Of a stretch of 64,000 nucleotides of DNA, positions 24,890 to 37,789 are shown in pieces. Source of the DNA: Hypanus sabinus (Eukaryota); contig NC_082739.1 of NCBI RefSeq assembly GCF_030144855.1, positions 44,082,001 through 44,146,000 on the forward strand, read 5' to 3'. Below the pieces are notes generated by a model. That model searched no databases. It was not told where the DNA came from and saw only the letters and a program-made list of their open reading frames with translations. The position numbers were made by a program, and so were the translations under genes. Each line of letters opens with the position of its first letter. Positions within the stretch are counted from its first letter, which is position 1.

Positions 24890-25220
24890 TGCTGTAATTC
24901 AGCGGAAGGAAGTGATGGTACTTGGGTCTGTACCTTGGTGTGGTGACAATGCTTAAGGCAATTTTCTCACTCAAAGGTCAATTGTATTGTCCATTAAAAC
25001 AGTGAACATTTAAGATGTATACAGGTTTGTTATACTTTATAACAAAAAAAAATCACATTTACTTACAGCAGTTTCATTGCAGTGCAGTGGTTGCGGAAAA
25101 AATCTTCCTGACGTTGCTTTTGTTCGTCGATAATCGACCACTTCAAAACCCACAGAGGAAATGTTTTGTGAGAACAGACTAAGGTCCATTTAGTTTGGCT
25201 TCTCCACTCCTGACCATGTA
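24890..25220 (-). promoter_or_regulatory. Candidate promoter / 5'-UTR exon region
   Basis: Local CpG cluster, ETS-type GGAA cores (GGAAGT at ~24908, CAGGAAG at ~25105, GAGGAA at ~25155), RUNX-like TGTGGGT, donor gct|gtaagt at 25067 and acceptor ttacag|C at 24891. Confidence 0.3.
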
Positions 25221-25899
25221 ATACAATAGAAACAGTTTTATAGTCATGTCTTTCTCCTGTTCTCCAGAGAGTTCTGTGCTGCCATCCACATGGACAGAAG
25301 AAAGAATTGGGAAGATGTGACTATTTCATAGTGCTTGTTGAGAGTGACCATAAGAGAAAGACATTACATGATATGAGCAAGATTCTGAGTGGCAATACCG
25401 ACCATCACTCTGCCTCCACAGATGACGCCTGTTCCGCTGAGTTCCTCCAGCAGAGTATTGAATTTGCAGCCTGTTGTGTCTCTCATTTAATATCACATGA
25501 GTATGGATGTGAGCATCACTGTCAGGAGGAAATATTGTGATTTAGAAAATATGCAAAGAAAGATTGTTGTCCCACAAGATTAAAGTGGCGTGCTGGAATA
25601 GGGTTTAAAAGGCACAGAGAGGATGGAAGGTTTCTCTAGCTCATTGAATTGCTTCTTGAACTGGATTGTTGTGTGTACCCTGAGATAAAAAGTCAAAGCT
25701 CCTCTCAACACGTTGGCAAAATAATGCATCCAGCATCTGGTTGATTTTATGATGATCTTAGATTTGAGAAATGAGGAGCCTGAGATAACTTCTATACTTC
25801 ATAAACATTTTGTTTATCTTTTGTTCATTGAGATTATGTCCTTCTGGCCCTTCAAGTCATACTGAATTAATAAGCCATACCGAACCAATATGCTGAATT

Positions 25900-26112
25900 A
25901 ACCCCTAAACTAAACAAGGGACAATTTACAATGACCCATTAACCTGCCAACTGGTAGGTTTTTGGACTGCGGGAGGAAACCAGAGCACCCAAAGAAAGTC
26001 CACATGGTCACGGGGAAAATGGACAAACTCCTTACAGGCAGCAGCGAGAAATGAACCCAGGTTGCTGGTGCTGTAAAGCACTGCGCTAACCACTATGCTA
26101 CTGTGCCATCCA
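25900..26112 (-). mobile_element. tRNA-derived SINE
   Basis: A/B-box-like head (TAGCATAGTGG...GGGTTCATTTC) and body ctgtaaggagtttgt..ctccccgtgacc, shared with the copies at 47565 and 62170. Confidence 0.8.
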
Positions 26113-28069
26113 TTGCAGCAATACCTGTAAAATGAATGTACGTGCATTAATGAAGATGGACAACATTAGAAACTGACTGAAAATATAGCATTCCTTCATA
26201 GCCTGAGAGAACCAAGGCTCTTTGTATGTATAAGATCTTAAGAGGAGTGACAGGAGAAGCCGGTGGGGGTGGGGTTTGGGTTTGGGGGGAGATATATTTA
26301 ACCTCCTGTGGATTTACTAACCGACACGCCTTCAGTATTCACAATAATGTCGTAAAATAAGTTCATTAAACTTTAAGACTCACGCTCTCAATATTATTCT
26401 TAAAAAATTATTTGCATGATTTGTCTTTTGCACATTGGTTCTTTATCAGTCTCTAAGAAATGTATCTTTATTTTTCCTGTGAATTTCTGCAAGAAAATGA
26501 ATCTCAAAGTAGTATTGTATATCATGACATGCAATGTGTACTGTGATAATATACTTTAACTTTTGACTTTGAAGAAGATTTTAGAAATACTGACTTGCAG
26601 GAATACTCGGTTCATCCAGGACATGGACTTAACTTTGTTCAGTAATAAAGAGCATACAGAGAAGCTTTTAAAGTTTATATTTATCCAAATAAAATGTACC
26701 CAATTGTCAAGATGTAATTCCCTTGAACTGGCTTTCCAACCAAGATTTTCTGTAGTAAAGTGTACATAACTTTAATGACTAAAATTGAGCTTAGTCACCC
26801 AGGAATATAGTTTACCATTATAGCTTTGTTGTATCAAAGCTTTTATTGTCTAGATAATCTAGATATAGATAGGAAAAAGAAGAAGAGCTGAAGGACTCTT
26901 TGCTCAGACCAGTGGTGAAGCTTGCTTTCAGATTAAAGTGCATGCTGCAGTTTCTATTATTATTATTATTTTTAAAGTTTAAAGTTTTTTAAAGTTTGGC
27001 TTCTCTTACTGTCAAATCCAATAATCTGCAGAATCCATCTTTCCTCATTCTCTTCCATTTTCCTAAATGTGGGCCAAATTTTGCTAAATGTCAGCCTCTG
27101 CTCAATTCCTCTGACAATGCAATGATTCCTTCAAGTGTCTCTGGGGGTTAGGTTTCTTGTCCAACATCATAGGTAAACCCTTGATTTCTCTAGTTGGATG
27201 AGGCATTGAGCATTGTACAAATAGGAATGGATCCTGCAGGTTTGTCAATGATACCCACATCTTGTGTGTGAAATAAGAAAGAACCCTATTCTGACAGTCT
27301 GAGAGTGTCAAAACCTTTATTTCCTGCTTGATTTTGAGACTTCCCTGGCAGCCAAGTTATTTTGATTTAGCATTTTTACTGGGGACATACAAGTATAGCC
27401 AATTTGTGTTCGGCAATGTTCCAGTGAGACAGAGTCGAATTTCTCTTTCAGCTTTTTCCAGTTGAGAAATATTATTAATGAGAATGTTGCATGAAAACAA
27501 GCTGGAAAAAACAAGATCAACAATAAAAACTAATTACTTGTGTAATAGGAGGGTGTGCTGGCTTATGTTAGTCTTAAAGTGATTAATACAGCATGGATAC
27601 AGGCCCTTGAGCCCAATGAGTCTATGCTCTCGAGAGTGCCAACTGTGCTAGTCCAAAGTTCTGTTTTAACTTTTACCCAAATTCTTCTCTTTGTTAAATA
27701 CTGACACAAAGTATTCAACTTCTTGTTCTGACTTCAAATGAGAATCCCTCTATTATTCCTGAGTGGACTCAGTGGACTGAGTCTCCTTAGTTATCCTATT
27801 TACTGTAATAGAAATTTAAAATATCTTGGAATTCTATTTGATCCTGCTTAACAAGGGTGTTTCATGGCCCCTTCTGGACATCCTAATCACCCATTTGAGC
27901 ACTTTCCTGCTATCTATATATTCCACAAGGGTCCAGTCTAATTTTAACTTCCTAAACCTTGCGTGTCATCCCTTTTTCTTTCTGACTAAATTTAAGGGCT
28001 CACAGGCCATCCAAGGTTCCCTTGTCTTACAATTCTTGTCCTTATTCCTTGCCAGAACATGCCAACTCA

Positions 28070-29690
28070 GAACTCTGAATCAGAATCAGGCTTATTATCA
28101 CCAGCATGTGTCATGAAATTTGTTAACCTAGCAGCAATTACAATACATAATTTAGAAGCAAAAAATAATAAATAAGTAAAACAGTATATTTATATTGAAT
28201 AGATTAAAATCATGCAAAACCCAGAAATAATATATTTTTAAAAAGTGTTCAAGGGTTCAATGTCCACTTAGGAATCAGATGGCGGAGGGGAAGAAGCTGT
28301 TCCTGAATCACTGAGTGTGTGCCTTCAGGCTCCTGTACCTCCTCCCTGATGGCGGAGGGGAAGAAGCTGTTCCTGAATCGCTGAGTGTGTGTCTTCAGGC
28401 TCCTGTACCTCCTCCCTGATGTCAGAGGGGAAGAAGCTGTTCCTGAATCACTGAGTGTGTGCCTTCAGGCTTCTGTACCTCCTACCTCATGGTAACAGTG
28501 AGAAAAGGACATGCCCTCGGTGCTGGAGGTCCTTAATAAAGGACGCTACCTTTCTGAGACACCGCTCCCTAAAGATGTTCTGGGTACTTTGTAGGCTAGT
28601 ACCTAAGATGGACTGACTAAATTTACAACCCTCTGCAGCTTCTTTCAGTCCTGTGCAGTAGCCCTTCCATACCAGACAGTGATGCAGCCTGTCAGAATGC
28701 TCCCCACAGTACAACTATAGAAGTCTTTGAGTGTATTTGTTGACATACCAAATCTCTTCAAACTCCTAATGAAGTATTTGTCGCTACCTTGCCTGCTTTA
28801 TAACTGCATCAATATGTTGGGACCAGGTTAGCTCCTCAGAGATCTTGACACCCAGGAACTTGAAGCTGCTCACTCTCTCCACTTCTGATCCCTCTATGAG
28901 GATTGGCATGTGTTCCTTCATCCCACCCTTCCTGAAGTCTACAATCAGCTCTTTCGTCTTACTGACAATGAGTGCCAGGTTGTTGCTGCAACATCACTCC
29001 ACTAGTTGGTATATCTCACTCCTGTACTCCATTTCGTCACCACCTGAGTTTCTACCAACAATGGCTGTATCATCAGCAAATTTATAGATGGTATTTTGAG
29101 CTATGCCTAGCCACACAGTCATGAGTATAGAGAGAGTAGAGCAGAGGGCTAAGCACACACCCCTGAGGTGCCCCGGGGTTGATCGTCAGCAAGGAGGCAA
29201 TATTATCACCAATCTGCACGCATTGTGGTCTTCTGGTTAGGAAGTTGAGGATACAATTACAGAGAGAGATACAGAGGCTCTGGTTCTGTAAGTTCTCAAT
29301 CAGGATTGTGGGAATGATGGTGTTAACTGCTGAGTTATAGTCAATTAACAGCATCCTTACATAGGTGTTTGTGTTGTCCAAGTGGTCGAAAGCCTTGTGA
29401 AGAGCCATTGGGATTGCATCTGCCATTGACCTATTGTGGCGATAGGCAAACTGCAATAGGTCCAGGTCCTTGCTGAGGCAGGAGTTCATTCTAGTCATGA
29501 CCAACCTCTCAAAGCATTTCATCACTGTAGGTGTGAGTGCTACCGGGCGATGATCATTAAGGAAGCTCACATTATTCTTCTTAGACACTGGTATAATTGT
29601 TGCCTTTTGGAAGCATGTGGGAACTTCTGTTCATAGCAGTGAAAGGTTGAAAATGTCCTTGAGTAATTCCTGCCAGTTGGTTGGCACAGG
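28070..29690 (-). mobile_element. Rex-Babar-type LINE, RT and 3' end
   Basis: Minus ORF 29082..29588 (LNDHRPVALTPTVMKCFERLV...GAPQGCVLSPLLYSLYTHDC); tail reads agaatctgaatcagaatcagg on the plus strand. Confidence 0.92.
28278..28487. repeat. Three tandem copies of a 70-bp unit inside the Rex-Babar 3' end
   Basis: gatggcggaggggaagaagctgttcctgaatc...cctccct starts at 28278, 28348 and 28418. Confidence 0.92.
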
Positions 29691-30723
29691 ATCAGTTTAT
29701 GTTCAAACAACTCCCATGTCAGGTGTGGACTTGTCCAACAGCAGCTACTCCTAATCAGTGCCCTTCAACTATTGCCCTCCCCCAGCTTAGAACCTTCCTG
29801 AAAGATCCAATTTTATCCTGACTCATAACTATCCTAAAGCATAATGAGGAAATTATGAGAAACACTTTTCCATACAAGCAGCTACAAAGTAAACACAGCT
29901 GCTAACACAACTCCCTATAACAAAGTTGTAGGAAGGAACCGACTAAATAGGCAACATTTGTAGATAGACAAACTGGTTAATGTTTTAGCTCAAAGACTGT
30001 TCATCAGAACTGTTTGATAAATATTAGTCCATTTCAAGAAAGCTTTCATCCTCCATCAAAAACAAACTACTCAGGTGCTGAAAGCTACACATATCGTCAG
30101 GCACTGCTGATAGAATCACTGAAGCATTATATTGTTATGGCATTGAAGGAAACCATTTGACCCATCAAATGGTGCCAACAAATCGGCCATACAGCACAGA
30201 AACATGGCTCCCCTCGACCATGAGAGCTAAATTGTCTGTATGGGCTCATCCCATATACCTGTGTTTGGCCCATATCCCTCTAAACTAATCCTGTCCAAAT
30301 ATACTGAAGTATCTTTTAAAATGTTGTTATTGTAGATTATCTATAGATCATGGTCTCTGGGGTTTGCTACTGCTTGGTGGATGGGAGTTGTGATGCTTTT
30401 GCTGGAACAGGTAGGGGGAGGGTTGATGCTTTGCTGATGCTTGTGCTGGGCAGGGGGGCTCTGGGCTTCTAATGTTTTCTGTCATTCATTCTTTGGGTTT
30501 TTTCCTCTCTGTTTCATAGATACCTGCAAAGAGAAAGGATTTCAGGTTGGGTATATATTCTCTGACATTAAATTGAACCATTGAACCTGCTTCTGGTAGC
30601 TCATTCCATATTCCACCCTCTGGCAGAAAAGAGCCCCCCTTAAATCTTTCTTTCTCAACTTAAAGCTATGTCTGCTAGTCTTAGACTCCACTACCCAGGA
30701 TAAAACAATAGGATCATTGATAA

Positions 30724-30762
30724 CACTACTACTACTACTAATAATCATAATAATAATAATAC
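30724..30762. repeat. (TAC)n(TAA)n microsatellite
   Basis: Directly visible. Confidence 0.85.
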
Positions 30763-31199
30763 GTACTTTATTGACCCTGAGTGGGAGATTATTCTGTTAC
30801 AGCAGCAATGTTTAAAAACACACTTAGTAATAATAACTAATAATACATAGAATAATATTAGTGTGTAATTTACCTTGTCAGCATTTTTAAAATTCCTCTT
30901 TCCTCCTCGAATTCATCCATCTGTGATTTAGTATATCAAACAGGCCCTCTACAGGGAGCGAGTGAGGCCAATGAAAGGGAAACAACACTTAGCAATACCA
31001 ATGAGTAAGTGCAGGAGAGGGTGTGAACCATTGAACATTTTCCACAAGGAAGTAAACTATTTGATCCACCGTGCCAATGCAGACTGAACAGAGCACAATC
31101 CCTCTTTGGAGCACTTCATCCATTACAATGCACATCATGATTTTTCAGGTACATGTCAAATTACATTTGAATGTAGTGAGGTTTGACACCTTTTCAGCA

Positions 31200-32773
31200 G
31201 AGTGCCAGTCTACAGATAAGGGAAAAAAAAATTCCATCATGGCAGAGTTATTATCCCTCTCAACCTCAATTTCCTGCCTTCCCTCCATAACTTTTGATGC
31301 TCAAATTAATCAAGAACCTATCAACTTCTGCTTTAAATATACCCAGTGACTTGGCCTGCACAGCTGTCTGTGGCAATGAATTAAACAGATTCACCACCCT
31401 CTAGCTAAAGAAATTTTCCCTCATCTCTTTTCTAAATGGACATCCCTCAATTCTGAGGCTGTGCCCCCTGGTCCTAGAGGCCCCCATGAGAGGAAACATC
31501 CTCTCCACATCCACTCTATCTAGGTCTTTCAATATTCAATAGTTTTCAATGAGATCCCCTCTCATTCTTCTAAACTCCAGTGAGTACAAGCCCAGAACCA
31601 TCAAATGTTCCTCATATATTAACCCTTACATTCCTGGGTCATTCTTGTGAATCTCCTCTGGACCGTTTTCATTGACTCTTTTCTTAGATGAAGGGCAAAA
31701 AACTGCTCACAATGCTCCAAGTGTGGTCTGATCAAACGCTTATAAAGTCTCAGCCTTACATCATTAGTTTTGTAGTCTAGTCATCTCAAAATGAATGCTA
31801 ACATTGTCTTCCTCATCACTGACTCAACCTGCAAATTAACTTTTGGGGAATCCAGCACAAGGATTCCCAGGACCCTTTGCACCTCTGATTTTTCAATTTT
31901 CTCCCCATTTGGAATATAGTCCATGCCTCTATTCCTTCTGTCAAATTGCATGACCATGCATTTCCTTACATTATATTCCATCTGCCACTCTTTGCCCATT
32001 GCCCCAATCCAAGTCCTTCTGCTGATAGCCTGCTTCTTCAATACTACCTGCCCCTCCACCTATCTTTGTATTGTCCCCAAACTTGGCCACAAGGGCATTA
32101 ATTCTTTCATCCAGATCATTGACATACAGTGTGAAAAGAAGCGGTCCCAATACCGATACCTGTGGCTCACCACTAGCCACTGGCAGCCAACCAGAAAAGG
32201 TCTCCTTTATTCCCACTGTTCACTTCCTGCCAGTCAGCCAATCTTATATCTGTTCTAATTCCTTTTCTGAAATACCATCTTACCTTGTTAAGCAGTCTCA
32301 TATGCAGCACCTTGTTGAAAGCCTTCTGAGAATCCAAATAAACAATTTCCACTGACTCTCCTTTGTCTATCCTGATTGTTAGTTCCTCAAAGAATTCCAA
32401 CTGATTTGTCAGGCAAGATTTCCCCTTTCGAAAACCATGCCGACTTAGGCCTGTTTTATCATGTGCCACCAAGTACCCAGAAACTTCATCCTTAATAACA
32501 GACACCAATATCTTTCCAACCACTGAAGTCAGGTTATCTGGTCTATAATTTCCTTACTTCTGTCTCCCTTCCTAAAGAGTGGAGTGACATTTGCAACTTC
32601 CCTGTCTTGCAGAGCCATTCCAGAATCTAGTGATTCTCAAAAGACCATTACTAATTCCTCCACAATCTCCTCAGCTACTTCTTTTAGAACCCTAAGCTGC
32701 AGTCCATCTGGCCCAGGCGACTTATCTACCTTCAGAATTTCCAGCTTCCCAAGTACCTTCTCCTTAGAAGTAG
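31200..32773 (-). mobile_element. CR1-type LINE, interrupted by a Gypsy element and resuming at ~36829-36910
   Basis: Minus ORFs GFRKGKSCLTNQLEFFE, GEPQVSVLGPLLFTLYVNDLD, WQMEYNVRKC. CR1-like sequence resumes after 36828 (cttttgcccc...gtcttccacagtgaag). Confidence 0.85.
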
Positions 32774-33671
32774 TGTAGGATTTTGTGAATAAAACATGTA
32801 AAAGTCATTTTATGTGCATAACAAAAACCGCAGCCCTCACTTCCATTACAAACAAACCAAAAGCAGTCACCTTACGCTGACATCATTGTATCAGATTAAG
32901 GTGAACTCAACAGTCAATGACAGTGTTTGTGAATTATGTAGAACAGGTCCTATTACAAACAATATGTGCCATCTGTCACCCATTATGTTATCTCACACAG
33001 TCCCCCCCTCCAGAATTCACTAAAACCAGCATTGTGAGTCTGTCTAGAGTTCTTATGAACCACCTGGCATGGATCATATGTGCCTTGTTTGAAGTAACAG
33101 CAGGTGCCTCTGGTTCACCCTGGGGTGTACTGACATGTACACAGTCATGTCATGATGCAGAGGATATGGTAGTGGAACCATCCAGGTCTTGGTGGGTCAT
33201 TTTAAGACGATCTACAAAAATACCCTTCTTAACTACAATAAAAGTATTTTCACTCTGCTCCAAAACACAGAACAGGGTTGATGATGTGTATCATACAGAC
33301 AAAAATGAACATGGTACAGGGCCTATAAAAAGCATTCACCTACCTTGGAAGCTTTCATGTTTGATTATTTTACAACATTGAATCATAGTGGAATTAATTT
33401 GGCTTATTTTGACACTGATCAAAAGAAAAAGACTCTTTTGTGTCAAGGTGAAAACAGATCTCTGCAAAGTGATCTAAATTAATTACAAATATAAAACACA
33501 AAATAATTGATTGCATAACTATTCACCTGCTTTTATATGACACACCAAATCATCATTGGTGCCACTAATTGGTTTTAGAACTCACATAATTAGTTAAATT
33601 GAGGTCACCTGTGTGCAGTCAAAGTATTTCAATTAGTAAAAATACACCTGTATCTGGAAGGTCCAACTGCT

Positions 33672-34118
33672 CATCCTCAAGTTAAAAAGGTCTCAGACTG
33701 TTACTCTTTAAATCATAGTGATATGCTGAAATTAACAAGACTTAGGTTGGGGCATTGTGGGATAAACTATTACTTAAAGATAAAAGGAAAACATCCAACT
33801 GGATTATGTGACTGTGGTAGTCCAGAGACAGTTCAGCATGTTTTGCTGAGTTGTAATTGATATAAAATTGAAAGAAGAATATTGTTCAAGAGGCTGTCTG
33901 ACTTAAATGTATTTTGTTTTTCTATTAAATCTTTGTTTGGCCACCAAGAGAACCACCATCTGATTGAAATGTTTATTATTCTATTTCTACGTGTGACTAG
34001 CTTATATTTGAGAATTTGAGTTTCTTGAATTTCTGTAATTAATTGGACATCCTGCTGGAGGGCAGTAATGCGGCTAGATGCGACTAAACTGTCAGAAATA
34101 GAAGAAGAGTCAGAAGAA
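33672..34118 (+). mobile_element. 5'-truncated non-LTR retrotransposon with (GAA)n tail and 15-bp TSD, inserted in the Tc1
   Basis: GAAGGTCCAACTGCT is duplicated at 33657-33671 and 34119-34133. The insert encodes a CDCG.PETVQHVLL.C zinc-knuckle remnant and ends in GAA repeats. Confidence 0.85.
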
Positions 34119-34454
34119 GAAGGTCCAACTGCTGGTGAGTCAGTATCCTGGCAAAAACTACACCACGAAGACAAAAGAACACTCCAAGCAACTCTGCGAA
34201 AAGGTTATTGAAAAGCATGTCAGGAGATGGATACAAGAACATTTCCAAGTCACTGAATATCTCTTGGATATTCAAGAAATGGAAAGAATATGGTACAACT
34301 GTAAATCTGAGTGACTGTGCAAGAATGGAGGCCACCAAGAGACCTGTGACAGCTCTGGAGGAGTTATAAGCTTCAGTGGCTGAGATGGGAGAGACTGTGC
34401 GTACAACAACTGTTGCCCGCATGCGTCACCAGTTGCAGCTTTCTGGGAGAGTGA

Positions 34455-34538
34455 ACCATAGAACCATAGAACATTACAGTACAGAAACAGACCTTTCGGC
34501 CCTTCTTGGCTGTGCCGAACTATTTTTCTGCCTAGTCC
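34455..34538 (-). mobile_element. Very short CR1 3'-end insertion within the Tc1 transposase
   Basis: aaccatagaaccatagaacattacagtacagaaacagacctttcggccc is the reverse complement of a CR1 tail type seen elsewhere in the window. Confidence 0.7.
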
Positions 34539-37500
34539 CACTGGTGGTAAAGAGAAATGCAATGTTGAAAAAAAACTTGCATGAAATCTCAGCTAAAGTT
34601 TATCAAAAGGCATGTGGGAGACTCTGAAGTCAGCTGGAAAAAGGTTCTATGGTCTGATGAAACCAAAATTGAGCTTTTTGGCCATCAGACTAAATGCTTT
34701 GATTGGTATAAGCCAAACACTGCATATCATCAAAACACCCGATCCCTCCCGTGAAGCCTGGTGATGACTGCATCATGCTGTGGGGATGCTTCACTGCAGC
34801 AGGCCAAGGAAAGCTTGTGAAGGTAGAGGGTAAAATGAATACAGCAAAATACAGGGAAATCCTGGAGGAAAACCTGATGCAGTCTGCAAGAGAACTACAA
34901 CTTTGTAGGAGACTTGTTTTTCCAGCGAGACAATGACCTCAAGCATAAAGCCAAAGCTACACAGGAATGGCTTAAAAACAACAATAAAGTTAATGTCGTG
35001 GAGTGGCCATATCAAAGTTCAGCCCTCAAGCCGATTGAGAATTTGTGGCTGGACTTGAAAAGGGCTGCTCGCTCACAATTCCCATGCAATCTGACAGAGC
35101 CTGAGCAGTTTTGTAAGGAAGAATGGGGAAAATTTGCAGTGTTCAGATGTGCAAAGCTGATAGAGACCTAACCACACAGACTCAAGGCTATAACTGCTGC
35201 CAAAGGTGCATCTACTAAATACTGACTTGAAGGGGATGAATACTTGTGCAATCAATTATTTTGTGTTTTGGATTTGTAACTAATTTGGATCACTTTGTAG
35301 AGATCAGTTTTCAATCGATACAAAAGAATCTTTTTCTGTGGATCAGTGTAAAAAAAAGCCAAATTAAATCCACTGTGATTCAATGTTGTAAAACAATAAA
35401 ACATGAAAACTTTCAAGGGGGTGGGGATGAAGACTTTTTATAAGCACTGTAGGGAGGGAGGTAGGAATAGGTGTAGAAGAACTGAGTTTATTGCGGAGCT
35501 CTGCTGAGATACCAACCAGGCATTGTGGCGCAGAAATAAAATCACCCGGCACCTATAACAGCTGATTATATACCAACTCCTCTGCGGAAGACTGCATGTC
35601 CTCTTTTGGAGCTGTTCTGAGCTCCAGCAGGACGATTCTGCCAAAACTCCTCCATCAAGGAGGCCCTTGGAGCAGCCTTTAAGGAATGGTGAAACCACTC
35701 ACACCATCCATTGGATTGTGGATGATACACTGTGGTGTGATGCAATTTAATGCTGAGGCTCTGGAGGTCTGACATGATTTGGGGATATGGTCGGAAGAAC
35801 TGAGTGACCCAGGTGTTGATGAACACCCGAGCCACATCCACAGCCATTGTCCATGCTAGAAGGACAACCTCTGATGCGCTCTACCATGGTAAGTAGATCC
35901 ATGAATCTTTGGGAGGGGAAAGAGGACCAACAAGGTCCACATTAAAGTGCTCAAACCATCGCTCAGGCACCTCAAAAGATGTCAATGGTGCCCGAAGGTG
36001 ACGGTTGATTTTCCCTCACTGACACACTACACAGGTTGCACTCCATTCTCGTACGACCTCTCTAAGGCCATGCCACACAAACTTTAAAGCAAACATTTTC
36101 TGTGACGTCTTCCCACCTGGATGCGAGAGGCCATAAATGGAGTTACAAACAATATATCTGCAGTTTGAAGGCACTATAAGGCAAGGGTGACATGTTGAGA
36201 CATTGCACAGGAGAGTAGCTCCTGTATCCCAGAACTTGATGTCAGCCAACTGCAAGCCCATGACTGCCATCTTGTAAGCCTGGACCTCAGGCTTGGCAGC
36301 TTAGTCAGCTTCCACGTTGGCATTGTCAACACTCATGTGTATGGTATCAATGGCGGGCCACAGGTGGCAATCAGGTGTGGCTGTTGTGCAGTCCAAGAGT
36401 CGAATACTTGGTGCATGGGGGTTTTGTAGTCAACAAACAATGTGAAATGCTACCCTCCAGTAGAAAATGAAAATGGCAGATGGTCAGATAGAGTCCAAGA
36501 AGCTCACGGTCAGACGTACTGTACTTCCTCTTGTTGGGGTTTGGGGGCTGAGCTGCTGCCTGAAGAAGTTGGTTGGAGACTATCATGTCTGCATACAATT
36601 AGGGCAATGCCTTTAAGGGCATAATTTCAGCAGCTTGCAGAAAGAAACAGTGATAAAGATTCACCATACTTAAACAATCTGGCAGTGCTTTGGTAGTGCG
36701 GGGCAGTGGAAAATCATTAATAGCGATGACTTTTGACGGCAGGGCACCTTCTGCAGAGATGCATTGGCCAAGAAAGTGAATAGCAGACAACCTGAACTGT
36801 CATCTGTCACCCATTATATTACCCTACAATGGCAATGACCCTTACTTTTGCCCCCATTCTTGCATTTCTGGTACTCTGTTCATGTCTTCCACAGTGAAGA
36901 ATACTTTTAATGAAAGTTGAAGATATCCCAAAGGCAACTACTGCTAATGTGCAAAGTGCTTTCAGGTAGCTTTGTTTGAATGCAATTGCAACTTAATTTG
37001 TGTTGACCCATGTAGCTATTTAGAATAACAAGTATTTTTTTTCCCCAAGATAGTAGGATAGCAGGAGGAAGTCATCTAAACAAAGAATTGCAGTGTGGTT
37101 AAAAATAATAGTGATGTGAAAGATATGATATAAATTCTACTCAGGCCATCAAAGATAACTGTGTCTTGTACTACTGAATAGAAAAATTTTAAGTAATTTT
37201 TGCACTAAGAAAAGTAATTGAAATTACTGGGATCACATTCGATTTGCTTTGTGGCTTGTTTACAGAACTGTGACAGAAAATTAAAACCTGCACTGAGATC
37301 ACTTGTTCTAGGCTGTTTAAGTGGAACATCTGCTTGTTTCCTTCAGGCAAATTGTGGCCACAATGCATCCAACTCTTTATATAGTTTGCTTTTGACATGG
37401 TTACTGTGGTGACAGCAACAAAACAAATATCCAGTGGCCTGGCAGAAGAAATGATGTTGAACAGTGCAAAATACGGTTTTCATAGTATTAAGTTGTTTCA

Positions 37501-37789
37501 GGACTTCTTGGTGTCACTCAAATGACTTTAAAAATATTTCATTATTCTGCTTATTTTGAGGAGGAGAAAAATTCTCGGGAGTTACCATTCTGACAGGATT
37601 GGCCTGAAATCAGCAGATTTAAGATTAACCTGATTGGACTCTGAAGAAGAATACAAGGACAATAAGGCTATAAGACAAAGGAGCAGAATTAGGTCATTTG
37701 ACCCACTGAGTTTGATCCACAATTTGATCATTACTGTTTTTTCTACCTCTCAAACCTATTCTCCCTCCTTTCCCCCATAATCTTTACAG

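Larger units (their letters stand above)
33317..35449 (+). mobile_element. Tc1-family DNA transposon with ~210-bp TIRs, transposase decayed
   Basis: TA|CAGGGCCTATAAAAAG... and ...CTTTTTATAAGCACTG|TA termini with long matching inverted repeats. Motifs SDETKIELFG, IMLWGCF, FQRDND...WPYQSSALKPIENLW (DD34E-type, one extra Asn) and AKGASTKY*. Confidence 0.93.
32774..36828 (-). mobile_element. Internally deleted Ty3/Gypsy LTR retrotransposon
   Basis: 3' LTR 32774-32999 preceded by PPT GGAGGGGGG. The 5' LTR stub at 36795-36828 shares ATAATGGGTGACAGATG. RT/RNaseH (FLG..ISAEG, YSTSDRELL), integrase (LSHPG, CVVCQ, HPQSNG..E.FH) and C-terminal VDRLK motifs are present. Confidence 0.85.

Noticed and set aside
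25900-26112. tRNA gene
   Set aside because: A/B-box-like head only, with no complete cloverleaf; it continues into a SINE body repeated elsewhere in the window.
27010-27058. Alternative phase-1 first exon MEENEERWILQIIGFD with a gtaaga donor
   Set aside because: Acidic N-terminus and a hydrophobic core too short for a signal peptide; weaker than the 24710-24791 candidate, though not formally excluded.
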